This document shows positions 49,700-62,485 of a DNA stretch of 64,000 nt, piece by piece; the stretch's first letter is position 1; every line of letters begins with the position of its first letter. The translations under genes were made by a program, and so were the position numbers. Under the pieces are notes generated by a model, which saw nothing but the letters and a program-made list of their open reading frames with translations, was not told the DNA's origin and did no database searches. Source of the stretch: Podarcis tiliguerta (taxonomy: Eukaryota); assembly GCA_965153285.1 (NCBI GenBank), contig OZ229112.1. One strand, written 5' to 3'.

Positions 49700-52030
49700 A
49701 ATAAACGACCATGGACGTGCCTTACCGAGGAGTAAATGGGTCTTACACCTGAGTAAGCATTACTCAGGATTAGGTGGCGAAAACATAAAGAACATACCAT
49801 ACACATCACCACCTCAGCGATCTCCAAGCTGCACCTTTTCGGGAGACACACGAATATCCCTTTTTCTCGCCAGAAAAGCGCTTGGTAGAACCGCGAAAAC
49901 AAAGCAATCGGACGAATTAGGCAATTCAGCACGTTCTCTTTCTACTTCGTGCCTATTCAAAGCGAGCCCGGGATTCCCCCTTCTGCCGGTGCCTGTGACA
50001 AAAAAATAAAATAAAACGTGAGGAAACACACACATCTCGCTTCTCCCTCCTCCCCCCGCCCGGCTGTTCCTTTCCATTTCTCCTCCCAAACCCACGCGCG
50101 CACCCCGCTCCCCTCTCTGTCTGCAAAAGCAAGCTGCAAAAGAGCCCGAGAGGAGCGTGGCCGCAGCCGAGGTCGAGAGACACAGGGCGGTTGTTTCCTC
50201 AGCCTCACGCAGCCGATGTCGAGCTGCCCTCTTCCGCCGGACTGCTTTCCCATGCTCGAGCAGCAGGAGGCGCTGGCGGGCCCCTCTCCGCTGGGCTATG
50301 GGCTCCCGGCCGAAATGAGTCTCTCATTGCCTCTGCCGAAGCGCTGAGAACCGGAGGGTTGGACGCGCGCGCTCGGCTCCTCCCTTCGCCACTCGCCGAT
50401 CGGCAAAGTAACTCCCGTGGACTAAGTGCAGCCGCCGACGCCAAGTGCAGGCGCGCCTGGCTGGGGATTGCCCCTGGAAGGCGGGGAGGGAGCACTCCGG
50501 CGCAGACGCCGCCGAGAAGAAAGGCGACCCTGTTGCTGTTCCGGGCTCTCCGTCGCCCCCCCCGCCCCCGCCCCCATTTCATCCAGGCAACAGGAGGATC
50601 CGGACTGGCCAGGAAGACGAGCTTTCCTCGCGGCTTCGGGAGAGCGCGCCCGAGTTGAGTGCGAGACTCCTCGCAAAAGTTCTCCAAAGTCAGCATGGCC
50701 CCGGCGGTTGGAGCCCTTGGCTTGCTGGCGGCGCTCGCCTCCCTCGTCGCCCCCTCGGCTGCCCTGCTTGGAGTGGCCCGTGGGCAGTTCTCGGCAGGTA
50801 AGCGGCTACCTCGCGGGAAGGCGTCCCGTTTCTTTTTCTACGAGGGAGGAGGACCGCCTCTCGGAGCCTTCTCCCGCTCAGGCTTGTGTGTGTGTGTTTG
50901 TACCTATTTTTGACTCGCGTCGGGGCTTGGAGGGGAAGAGAAAGACCGAGGAGGAGGAGGAGGTTGCGCTCGAGCAAGGTCCCAGCGACCCGATGGCTTC
51001 TTTCTCTGGAGAGCCCGCTTGAGCGCAGCTTTCCCAAAGGAGAACGTGGACCAGTCCCCTTCCTCAGTGGGCGAGACCCTCTGGAGAAGAAGGAGCCCAG
51101 GAACGTTCCGCTTTGGAACGTTGGGACATGGTCTTATTTGCTTTTGGAACGTTTGGAACCGCTGATCTTGCGCGCCCCCCCCCAATTAAAATATGGGGAA
51201 AGCCCCTCTTTTCCCGCTTCACGATGAGTGACAGACGACAGTAGGGGTGCCCTTTGTGCAAAATAGCTCTAGTTTTGCACCTTCAAGGCAGGCCGGGTGG
51301 GGTGGGGTGGGGAGCTATTAAAACGAGACTTCCAAGCTGCACACTTCGAGCTTCTCACGCTAATCCTCGCCTCCCCCCTCGGCCTCTCTTCTGGTCAGTT
51401 TCCCAGGTAGCGTTTGCACAGCGTTGGCTGAGGTTCCATTGTGGAACCTTCTCTGCCCTTTCTCTTCTTTGTTAATAGAGATAGAGAACGTGTTTTCCTT
51501 TCGCCTTCTGCGGACAGTTTTCTGCACAGGGATGGAACGAAAAGCAGCCACCTTCAGACGACTTTTACCTTTTTAAGTTTCTCCCAAATTGGGAGTCGGC
51601 TGCTACTTTCTGCCTAAAGGTGGAAAGAGGCCAGTCGGTTTATGGGTGAAAAGTTCACCAGCCTCTGAATCGCGGCGGGGGGTGGGAGAGAGGGCAGGTA
51701 TAGTTTCCCGGCTTATAACCGATTCACCTTGTTTCTGTTCTTTGCCCCCTCCCACCCCAGCAGACCCTTCCCCTTTCCAAGGAGAGGGAAAGCAGTCGTG
51801 AAAGAGTTAATGCATTACAGCTGCTCTCCGGGTTTCCGAAAGCAAACAAGCTGCGCCCAGCAGCGACAGGCCGAGCCCTCCTTTCTTCTGTTGACTTTTG
51901 TGTCGGGCTAACTTTTGGCAGCGGGGCCGATCCTGGCTGCCTAATCAGGCAGGCAGAGACTGTACCTGGCCGGAACTGCTGGGGACGCGCAGACTCCACT
52001 GCCCGGACGTAAATAACTTTGTGTGTTGCA
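49700..52030 (+). promoter_or_regulatory. PTPRK: CpG island / promoter of PTPRK
   Basis: Abrupt rise in GC and CpG density around the first coding exon, with multiple GC boxes (ccccgccc). Confidence 0.85.
50695..50797 (+). CDS. PTPRK: Receptor-type tyrosine-protein phosphatase kappa, first coding exon (signal peptide); gene continues beyond the window
   Basis: Kozak agcATGg. MAPAVGALGLLAALASLVAPSAALLGVARGQFSA(G) is a hydrophobic signal peptide ending in the GQFSAG junction of PTPRK. Canonical phase-1 donor CAG|GTAAG at 50797/50798. No MAM-domain exon 2 seen in the remaining 13 kb. Confidence 0.88.
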
Positions 52031-54502
52031 AGCGCCTTTTACGCTTTTTCTAGCCGAGGCTTTGTTTCTGGAAAGGTGGTGATTAAGGGAGCTGGGAAGT
52101 CATCTGAAGGTTTTTGCAGAACTGGAAAAAAAGCAAGTTGACAGCAACAAAGCGAAATGCAGAAAGTCCCAACAAACCTGCTTGCCCAGTTCAAAGGACG
52201 CGCAGACACATCCGAGAGGAAGGGCTGCCTTTAACCATTTCCTTCGGCTTCCAGGGAGAAAGCTACTGTTCAGCCTGTAGCGAAAGCGATGCACGTAGCT
52301 CCCCAGTTAGAATCAGTTTTATTGTCTACATTTCTTTGGACCCTTTCCGTTGTCACCAGCAATGTTTGATCTGCATGCAGGCAAGCAGGATGTCCTAATC
52401 CATTTCTGCTGTGTGCATTGTTAGCTTTAGAGAAGAGCAGCAACTTTAAGGGTGCAATACTTTGCACACATTTATGTGGAAATAAATCCATGGGATTACT
52501 TCTGACTGGGTTGTGCTGTAAAAGACTGGTCTTGAAAGGGATATATTTTATGCAAAAAGCTATTACAAGCTCAGCTTTCAAAGGCAGTCTTATTTTTTTC
52601 TGCCCTCCCTCCTCTATTTTGGCAGGACTTTTTGTAAATTGATCGAATGTTTTGGGTTGGAAGGCTTCCGGGATTAGAACTGTCCCTATTTGCCCAAGTT
52701 GGAAGTCTATTTTTATTGTGGGTGATACATTTCACAAATGCAAATGAAAAGTGTGGGTGTTTGATACACATCTTGTCCATGTTTTCAGAGCATCTGATCT
52801 GTCTTCCTTGGAAATCAAAACTTTTCTGCTTCTTGTGCCCTTGGGCATGGAAAGCAAACGAAGTGGGGCTGGGTTTCACATCTGTTTACATGTTGCACAT
52901 GCCTCCTACACAAAAGCACTTTGTCTTTATGCCTGTGTCTTGCCATAGCAAGTTCAAATGTGTGGTTTGGTTGTCACAATCTGACTCCTGATGCTGTTAA
53001 ATCTGTGGTCTCTCTGTGTGACTCTTGCTGCCAAAAACTTGCTTATGTTGCTTCATAGTAGTCTCGCCTCCCCTCTCCCTGCTCCCCTCCCCAAGGGAGG
53101 AAGTAATAACTGTGTATTCGACACTTCTGAATTACTTCATGGCTTAAAATGTAGAGTAATCGCCTAAGGGTTGCATCAGTATCCTGGAACTTTACTAGGA
53201 AAGAAACTAAGATAAGGATTCTTATTCGCAGATAACCTGCAGTGGTGCAGGTATGAGACGCAGTCAGATGGTCTGTGAATTGTCTTGACGCATGATCACC
53301 GCTTAGATATTTTGTCAGAAATGTTAAGCAATATATAAATTTCCTAAATAAAATAAATAAATGAACAAGTTATATCCTAATAGTCTTAAAGTGGTGTGTT
53401 TAAGGTGCATTTAAGCTCCTCCTTCAACTTTGTGGTGATCAAGCTGGAGCACCTGTCCATCAGATACATACTTGTGCTCTTCAGTTGAAAGGAAGCAGCC
53501 ATCCGTTGGTTAATAGGAAACAGCCACAGACTGCATTTATTACATTTGTATTTCGTCTTTCCCCGAGGAAACTCGGTGGTGTACATGGTTCCCTCCTCCT
53601 TATGTTATCCTCACAACAAACCTGACCTGTGAGGTAGGTCGTTGTGGGAGAGGGTGGCTGGCCAAGATCACTCAGTGTGTTTTGTGGTTTAGCTGCGATT
53701 TGAACCTCTCCCACATTACACCACATTCACAGCCATGGATAGCCCAAAAGTAGTTTCTTTTCAGTAATCATTGAATCCTCAGTGATCCTCTAGACTTCTG
53801 TGAATTTTCAGCTTGGCTAACACTTCCTTCAATATGCTGTGTTCAAAGGTCTTCTATAGAGAAATCTTGGGCATGGCAAATTTACAGAAGTATGGTTTCT
53901 TTCCTGAAATAAAGGACAACAATAGCTTTTATTTAATTATAAAGTGATTTATATACCACTTTTCACATATGCAGGGAAGAAATATTACGATACTTTATTA
54001 ATACTACGTAATACTATTGCACACATTTGTCACCCAACTTTTACATCATAATTGGTTTCCGTATCTCCTTTCGCCTGATTATATAAAGTTCATTGTAATT
54101 CCTGTCTACTGTTCTGTGTTAAAATTATCAGATACAGTGTAAATGCTGACTGTCTTGATCACCATTTAATTAACATCTTTAATAATCTTAGCCTACTAGC
54201 TGCGACTTCACTATCTCATTGATGTGCATCACCAGCATGTTAATTGAAATTTTTATTGTAGTCTCTAGTTTATTTCTTGAATCAGTTGTCAGTGTGGCTC
54301 GATGTACGTTAAGCTAGTGTTGATTTTTACAGTGGATTATGCAGCACACTGTGTTGACATCCGACCTAAATATGGTCCACAAATCTCTCTGAAAATGGCT
54401 CTCTGCCCAAGTGGCTTTCTGATAACTTCCGTCAAGTGTTTAGAATGAAAAGCCTTTGATAGATGGGGTGAAGGGGTAGAAGAGCAGGGCATTGGATATA
54501 TT

Positions 54503-54858
54503 AAGCCTGGAGAAGAGGAGACTGAGAGGAGATATGATAGCCATCTTCAAATATCTGAAGGGCTGTCACATAGAAGATGGAGCAAGCTTGTTTTCTGCTG
54601 CTCCAGAGGGCAGCACCCAACCCTAAGGGTCCAAATGACAAGAAATGAAATTCTGACTAAACAGTAGGAAGAACTTTCTTATGATAAGAGCAGTCCAGTA
54701 GTGGAATGGACTCCCTTGGAAGGTGGTGGACTTGCCTTCATTGGAGGTTTTTAAGCAGAGGGTTGGGTGGTCATCTATCGGATTCTTTAGCTGTGATTTC
54801 AGGGGGTTGGACTAGATGACCCTTGGAGTCTCTTTCAACTCTGCAATTCTGATTCTAT
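54503..54858 (+). mobile_element. CR1 LINE 3' fragment
   Basis: Translates as SLEKRRLRGDMIAIFKYLKG...RKNFL..RAV..WNGLP..VV..PSLEVFKQR, followed by the CR1 terminal motif. Confidence 0.9.
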
Positions 54859-56452
54859 GCTCAATAAGGTACTGGCAGGTTTGGGGGCTGAAGGCTGATG
54901 ATAGTGCCTCATTCTGTGGAGGGGTGGGGGGAAATAGCGCAAGTAAGTGGGCATGACTCTTCTTTTACTTGGATCTGATAGATCTGGGTTTAAATCCCCA
55001 CCCAGCTGTGAAGTGACCTTGGGCCAGTCACTGTCTCTTAGCCTAACCCTTCATCACGGGGCTGTTCTAAGGATTAAATGTGGAAGGGGAGAACCATGGA
55101 AGCTGCCTGGTGAAATATGGGATCAGGGATGAGAACTTGGATGACATTGGGGGGGGGGGCTGGCAGGTGAGCCCCATTCCGCATAATTGATCACATGACG
55201 CAGAGCATGCACACCACTTTGTGGGGAGATCCAGCCCCCTCAAATATTTTATTGGGACTTGGTTCCTGTGCATGGGATATAAATAAATATATTATCAGTC
55301 TTTCATATACAGTGGAGACATTACTAAGTGCTTCCTTTATACTTTGTGAGAATATAGAGAAATCTGCTGAGCAATTCTTTGCCTGTTTGGGGAGTGTGCC
55401 TCTATCACTTGACGCCGTTTCTTTCGGGGTCTTTTCCTCATCCTGCCAACTCTCTGCACAGAGGTGAATATCACCCAGCTCTTGAGCTCATGTTATGTAT
55501 GATGTTCACTTTCTTTGCTGTGTTAGCAAGTGGTCCACAATATGTGTGTGTTCCAAGGAGCCAATGGGAGTCAGAGGGCAGGCAGGAGTTAATAAGTGCC
55601 TCCTTGTTATGAGTGAAAGGTGAACACTGCTTCTCTGTAACATACTTCTCTTTTTTATTATTATTATTACATTTGGCTGCAACACTCCAGAGACAGGAAT
55701 TCTCCAGAGGATATTCTTGGGTGTTTCAAATCAGAGACAGTGAAACGAACATCCGCAAGAAGTGTTTAAATGACCAATTCACAGTTATGGGTGCAGTTCC
55801 AGCTTTGTCGAAATCAGCAAAAGTTCAGGCACTTGCTCACAAAGTCTTTATTTATTTTTGTAAGTCACAAAGTAATGTTGTCCAGATAATAAATTGTGCT
55901 GTTTTTAACTGTTAAAACGTTGTGTAATTAGCCACAGTAGCAGAGAACTTGCAAAGGAATAATTCTATAATTTGTACACTTTCTTACCAGCTGTGTAATA
56001 GAACACTCTCCACTGTACCAATAATGAATAATGATGTACGGTATTATTTTGATATCAAGGGTATCTTGCAGTGTTTTCAAAAGTCAGCAAATCCTAAAGC
56101 TAACCAGACACAAATGGGGCTTGTGGAATTTTGACAACTATACCGAAAACTGATTTATGGTTTTTTAAAACGTTTCTGGGAAAAGTGAGTGTAAGTTGAA
56201 ACAATATGATCCAGCTCAGGAGGCTCAAAGCCTTATGTTTTAGAGACAAGTGCAGATTTCTAAAGCAAGAAGATTTGGTTTTGCTTCATATATGCTTCCA
56301 GAAACACAAAACTTCTGCAAATTGACATCAGTGCTGATTTTGTAAGCTTGAGTAACATAAAGAATGTTGTTTCTTTGATTGAAACTCAGTAGCAGGGGCA
56401 GGACGTACTAACATTATTGTTTATCCCTGGGTCACAACACCTTTAAATCAGG

Positions 56453-56777
56453 CAGGTAAAGGTAAAGGGACCCCTGACTGTTAAGTCCAGTCATGGACGA
56501 CTCTGGGGTTGCGGCACTCATTTTCTGGGTCATGTGGCCAGCATGACAAAGCCGCTTCTGGTGAACCAGAGCAGCACACAGAAACGCCATTTACCTTCCC
56601 GCCGGAGTGGTACCTATTTATCTACTTGCACTTTGACGTGCTTTCGAACTGCTAGGTTGGCAGGAGCAGGGACCGAGCAACAGAAGCTCACACCCCATCG
56701 CAGGGATTTGAACCGCCAACCTTCTGATTGGCAAGCCCTAGGCTCTATGGTTTAACCCACAGCGCCACCCGCGTCCC
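56453..56777 (-). mobile_element. Sauria SINE, near full length
   Basis: 5' GGGACGCGGGTGGCGCTGTGGG, (ACCTTT) tail, TSD ttaaatcagg at 56443-56452 and 56778-56787. Confidence 0.92.
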
Positions 56778-57353
56778 TTAAATCAGGTACAAAACTGGAA
56801 ATGAAGAGTTAAGTGCCGCTTCTCACAACTATGGTGGAAACAGGCTTATGGCTTAATGGTCATTATTGTTGAATTAACTTGTCTCAACTGAAGGGTGCTG
56901 CATTCAGCTAATGAGCCTCCTTCACAGCTTATCTTTTGTATAAGTATTTCACAACAGCTGAGAACACAGATAACGAAAATGTAAATATAAGATATGGTGT
57001 TAAAAACTGGTGGCCCAAACTACTTAAGATAACCAGTGTTCTCTACAAAATGCAGTGTTTGGGTCCTAAACAGAAGGAAGTTTTCACCAGGATACTCCTG
57101 AATCCTTTCCTCCTAGCTCCCCCCCCAAAAAAAAAATCCTCACCAAAAGCACCTATGGAGACCTGAGTATCTCTTCTGATCAGTATGGGTTTGGTCATTG
57201 GAGAGATGCTGGGGAGGGGGAAAATGACCCAACATTTATTTAGTCACAATTTTTTGCCTACTTTTTGAGGAACCTCCTCCAAAAAGCTGTTTACAGCCCA
57301 CAATAAAAAATTAACAATAAACCAGTGCAGAAAGTGAAAACAGAAATAGAATA

Positions 57354-57581
57354 CAGTGGTACCTCGGTTCTTGAATGTAATCCGTTGCAGAAGACCATTC
57401 TGAAACGTTCAAAAACCAAAGGGCTGTCTGCAAATCCAATTGAGAAAATTGAAAAACACGCAGCAGAAGCTGTTCAATTTCCAAGGTGCATTTGAAAATG
57501 GAAGCATTTACTTCCGGGTTTTCGGTGTTCGGGTTCCGAAATGTTCATCAATGGAGACGTTCGAGAACCAAGGTATCACTG
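57354..57581. mobile_element. Tc1/mariner (Tigger-like) MITE, inserted in an old L2-like fragment (~57235-57890, -)
   Basis: TA TSD. TIRs CAGTGGTACCTCGGTTCTTGAA / TTCGAGAACCAAGGTATCACTG. Confidence 0.88.
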
Positions 57582-58943
57582 TATTAAATATTATAGGGAT
57601 CATTAATGTGTTTTAAAAACCAACAAAGATTAACCCCAGGAGAAATGAAGGAGTAATTTGGAGAGCTTTGGGAGAAAATAATGGTTTTCAGCAAACACTG
57701 AAAACATAACAATGTTGCATCTTGTTTTACTTCTAAGGGAAGAGACTTCTAGGCAACTGGGAGCACGGCACTAAAAGCACAGGCTCAAGTTCACAACTTG
57801 CTTTGCCTTGTGGCACTATCAACAGATCTTCATCCATAGCTAAGTGACCAGGGTGGTGTGTATGGAAAGAGGTGGCTTCTAAATCTAAGAAGTACAACCA
57901 TACTGGCTTTCTGGATTACTTCTGCTATGGGCTAGCTATTTAAATCAAGTAGGTAAATAAATATGGGAAATGCAAAATATCACTTAGAGAACGATCTGAA
58001 ATACTTTCCTTAAAGCTTGAATTTGTTCTATTCTGGGTTGTTTGATTTGATGTTTAAAGTGTTGTAAATCACGTTTTTTCTTTAAAATATAAAGCAATAT
58101 AGAAATGAAATTAATAATAATAATGTGATTGAGGGGAAAATCACAACTGGATATTTCATTGTGGTGACCGCAATTTAGTTTTAAGGAAATATTTGAGCAG
58201 TGTATTTAATGTATTCCAGTGAAAGAGTTAATTTGTAAAATTGCATTTTATTTTTATTTTTTAAAACCCAAGGCAGGTTTTTTCATTCTTACTTAACCAC
58301 TCAGCTTGAAGAGAGGGTTTGGATACTTGTGTGTATTGTTTTTGAAATTAATTTGAATTATATAAAGCCATGTCACTTGAAGAGTCAAGCATTGCAATTA
58401 ATGGCCATACACATTTTTCAAAAAAAGTTGATGGTATTCCTTAAAAGGAGTAATTTATCAGAAGCTGTTGGAAGACATTATAATTGGAACCATACTCCTC
58501 TGTCCTCAATTTGCGTCTATTGACCCATTGGATCACAACAGCACATATAGATTGTGCTGGGTTCAGTTGATTTTTGTTGCCATTATAAAATAAATGCCTT
58601 GGTGTACATGCAGTATTTTTAAACAGTTAAGAAACTATCCAAACAAAGGCAAAATTGTGACACAGCAATGGATTTTGCTATGGAAACAGCCACTGAAGTA
58701 CATTTGCTGAGCAAACTAAATAACTGTTTCCTTAATTGAATGGTGCTTAACATCATTAAGAAAAATATGCACCTTGGAACATGTTTGGAAATTTCTTAGA
58801 CAGTGATTTTCAGCATAATCTGTATGCATTAGCTAATGGTGGCTGATAGAGAAGATAGGAGTTTAGGATTTGGGAGACCCAGGTTCAAATCTCAACTCTG
58901 CCATGAAGCTCCCTAGATGGCTTGGGCTACTCAATATCTCTTA

Positions 58944-59242
58944 GCAGGGGGCTAGTCCACTGTCCCTCAGACCTTGTGGGGGGGGGGGCGGACTATATTT
59001 TGAAAAAAATATATGAACCCTATGCCCCACAAATAACCCAAAGATTTATTCTAAATAAAAGCACACATTCTACTCATGTAAAAACACCAGGCAGGCCCCA
59101 CAAATAACCCAGAGATGCATTTTAAATAAAAGGGCACATGCTACTCATGCAAAAACACGCTGATTGCCGGACCATCTGCGGGCTGGATTGAGAAGGCGAT
59201 TGGGCCGCATCTGGCTCCTGGGCCTTAATTTGCCTACCCATG
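58944..59242. mobile_element. hAT-type MITE nested in a CORE-SINE
   Basis: Shares long identity blocks with 61322-61547. Internal ~70-bp tandem duplication (gccccacaaataaccca...). Terminus tttgcctacccatg. Confidence 0.75.
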
Positions 59243-60030
59243 ACTTAACCTAACCTACGTCCAGGGATTGTTGTGAGGATAAAAAAATTTTTTTGGGGGG
59301 GGGATAACCAGTTAGGCTACCTTGAGCTCCTTGAGGAAAAAAGCAGAATATAAATGAATTATCCATAATATTGCCCATGAGTTTGTGCACATTATTTTAC
59401 CAAAAGCAACTTCAGGGCCCCTCAGTGTTACATTTCTGTGTCTGTATCCAAGAGGTTTTTAAGTGTGTAGCTAAAATGTAACAGATTAAAAAATAATAGG
59501 GTGATTTACAACAAATGAAATACATCTTTATTAAAAACATGCAAAATAACCACAAACCTCATTTTTAAACAAAAAACAGAGATCTACAGTTGGCCAGAGC
59601 CCTGTTTTTTTTAGTGTACCTCACATTGGTCGCTTTAGAATGTATGAAATTGCTCCCTCCCCAGGGAGCAGCAGCCTGGTTTGCTAGAAGAAGAATATGA
59701 TCACATAAACATTCCCTTGTGCGTTGTCAGAGCTGTGACACAATGGCAGAGTAATTCATTCTTCAGCCATTCATGTGATACCTGGTCTCCAGTCCCATTG
59801 TGTTGTATCTCATTTGTAAGAGGAGAAAAGTGCACTGAAAAAGGGATAGTGCTTCCCAAACTATCAGGACTAATTTGCTTCAAAATAATTTCTCCTGCGG
59901 GTGGCATCCAGTTTATGTCCTCCTGCGGACAGAAGACATCCCTAGACTAGGAGGAAGGCAGTTTTGGAGGATTCTCTCACGCCCCCCAGTATCTATTGTG
60001 CCCCCAGATCTGCACAGGAGAGTTAGGCCG

Positions 60031-60167
60031 CAGCCTTTCTCAACATGTGGGTCCCAAATGTTTTGGGACTACAACTCCCATCACTGCTAGTTAGCAAGGC
60101 CAGAGCTCAGGGGTGATGGGAGTTGTAGTCCCAAAACATCTGGGGACCCACAGGTTGAAAACCACCG
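60031..60167. mobile_element. Palindromic hAT-type MITE
   Basis: Near-perfect hairpin tgtgggtccc..atgttttgggactacaactcccatca / tgatgggagttgtagtcccaaaacat..gggacccaca. Confidence 0.85.
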
Positions 60168-61321
60168 AAGGGGATTTGAAGGATTATAGCTGGGAGGGGG
60201 AATTGCTGAAAATTCCCTGCTTTGATCTGCTGCCAGATGCCTTTTGCCTGTGGAGGAAAGCCAATTGGATACCATAAAGTGTCACAGTTGTTAAAATTCA
60301 GAATGTCCAGTCTGAATTCTGACCAGATTGTGAACAGGGTGGTTGGTGTGCCATTTTTATTTTATAAATGTTGATAGGACTGAGGGAAAGGACATTGATG
60401 TTGCTTGGAAGTCATTGGGTTGGGAGATGGGAATGTACATAACTCTTCAATTGACAAACTATTTGCTTAAAAACCTTTAGCCTGAAATTTACAGGCTACA
60501 CAGCAATCCTGTGGTTTTGGAGGACTACCACATGTAATTTTTAATAGCCTTTGTGGATCTTGGTTATACTTTCAGGTCATTATGGCTTGTGCATGATAAT
60601 GACATCCAGATGCTAACTATAAACATCTCATCCTTGACTTGCTTGAAAGCAAGGAAGGTTAGCTTCATGCTCCAGCAAAATCTGTGTTTCATAGGCTGTA
60701 AGTAGAGTGGGGTCGGGGACGACTTCATCTCTCTCTCTCACTTCCTTAGTTGTTTACCTCAGAACCAACTGTAAAGGTTTGAAATGGCTCCAGAAAATTA
60801 ACTGACATTAAACATGAATGCAGCATGTAAAAGATATTAATGCATCCCATGTAGTTTGTGAAGCAGTCTAAATGTGAGGAATGTTGGCCTCAGTCCTCAA
60901 GACTGAGAAGCCCCTAAGCAATCAAGAATTCAAGAAGCTCTACAGGATAGCTTGTGTTTAATTAGCTGATACACTAGACAATCCCTGGAGGATACACTTA
61001 ACATGAGGAATAAGTTGGTAAATGTTTAGTCATTTCTTCCAGAAGAATGTATTCTGATTTGCTTTCGAGGTTTTATCACAACGCTGGTGCCGATTTCATA
61101 ATTGGTCCCTAATTTGTAGTTTTGATTTGAAAGCAGTCTCCCCGTGTTAACAAAATTATAGTAATAAAGAGATGACAAAACTGCTTTTGAGCTTTCTTTT
61201 TTTAAAGAAGTATAACCCCTGCAAAATGTTTGAAGGTTTCCTCAGCCACTCACCATCCTGTCTGTTGCAACCCCGATACAAATTTAGCTACTTGAAGAGC
61301 AAGACCGCATATGTGAAACAC

Positions 61322-61547
61322 CATGGTTTGATGGGCAAACTTTTTCAGCTGTGGGCCAGTCCACCGTCCCTCAGACCTTGTGGGGGGCTGGACTATATTT
61401 TGAAGAATAATAATGAACGAATTCCTATGCCCCACAAATAACCCAGAGATGCATTTTAAATAAAAGCGCACATGTAGAATCTGCGGGCTGGATTGAGAAG
61501 GCGATTGGGCTGCATCCGGCCCCCGGGTCTTAGTTTGCCTACCCATG
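61322..61547. mobile_element. hAT-type MITE (second copy)
   Basis: Termini catgg..ggcaaact / agtttgcctacccatg; body similar to 58944-59242. Confidence 0.75.
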
Positions 61548-62309
61548 GGTATCTGCTCACTGTCAAATTGAGGTGCTGTATCTGTGTGTAGTTTGAATTT
61601 CGGGTGGGGTGGGGTGTCAGGGAAGGCCTACTTTATTCTGTTGTATGCTTATAATATGTAAGCCACCCTGAAAGAGTTTTTATTTGGAAAGACAGAATAT
61701 AAATGTTTTTGTACTTGGGCATCTATGCCTGAGTTTAAGAAGAAAAGAAAAGTGCCACTCATGTGTTTATTTCTTCTGAAGAAAAAGCATTTGTGGAACT
61801 GGGGAGCCCTAACTATTCACAAACCTCAGTGTGCATATTTACACCACCATGAATCTCAAATGGAACACTCAAGCTTGCTTTTCACCCAGTCATGAAGGAG
61901 GAGAAGAAATGGTCACTTGCATAAATCCAGAGGCCACAGCCTTAAATTGTACTCAGAGGACTACAAGCAGCCAGTGTTGCTGCCACAGAAGTGACTGGTA
62001 TAATGAATTTTTGATGCTCATTCCCACCCCAGGAGGGCAGTTGCTATATTCTGGGTTTCTGAATGACCACCATTAGATGTGAAGATCCCATTGCACGTAA
62101 AAATATTTATAAAACAATAATGAAGAATCTTTAAAACAACTGAACTCTTTTATATAAAGCCACAATCCTAATATCAATACATATATTTTTTAAAGGCAGC
62201 AAAGCTTTCCTTTAACACACATCTATACACACTCTAAGTCTTTTAGATTGCTGCATGTTATACAGCTAGATGGACACTGAAAACAAAATAATTTTCAACT
62301 GAGTTTGGT

Positions 62310-62485
62310 CAGTGCTTTTTTTCTGGGGGGACACAGGGGTACGTATAGCCCTAAACAATTTGTGAATCTTTGTACTTATGTCCATTTACAGTATTTATTT
62401 TTCCCTATTTGAACTGTAAAATGGTGATTTTATTGAGTCAAAATGAGAGTACCCCCTAAACATTTTTTAGGGGGGGGGAACACTG
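62310..62485. mobile_element. hAT MITE
   Basis: CAGTG...CACTG termini with a perfect 8-bp TSD agtttggt (62302-62309 and 62486-62493). Confidence 0.85.

Noticed and set aside
49953-51261. Many overlapping 75-200 aa ORFs on both strands
   Set aside because: These are a by-product of the GC-rich CpG island, which has few stop codons. Only the signal-peptide exon has a Kozak start, a splice donor and recognisable homology.
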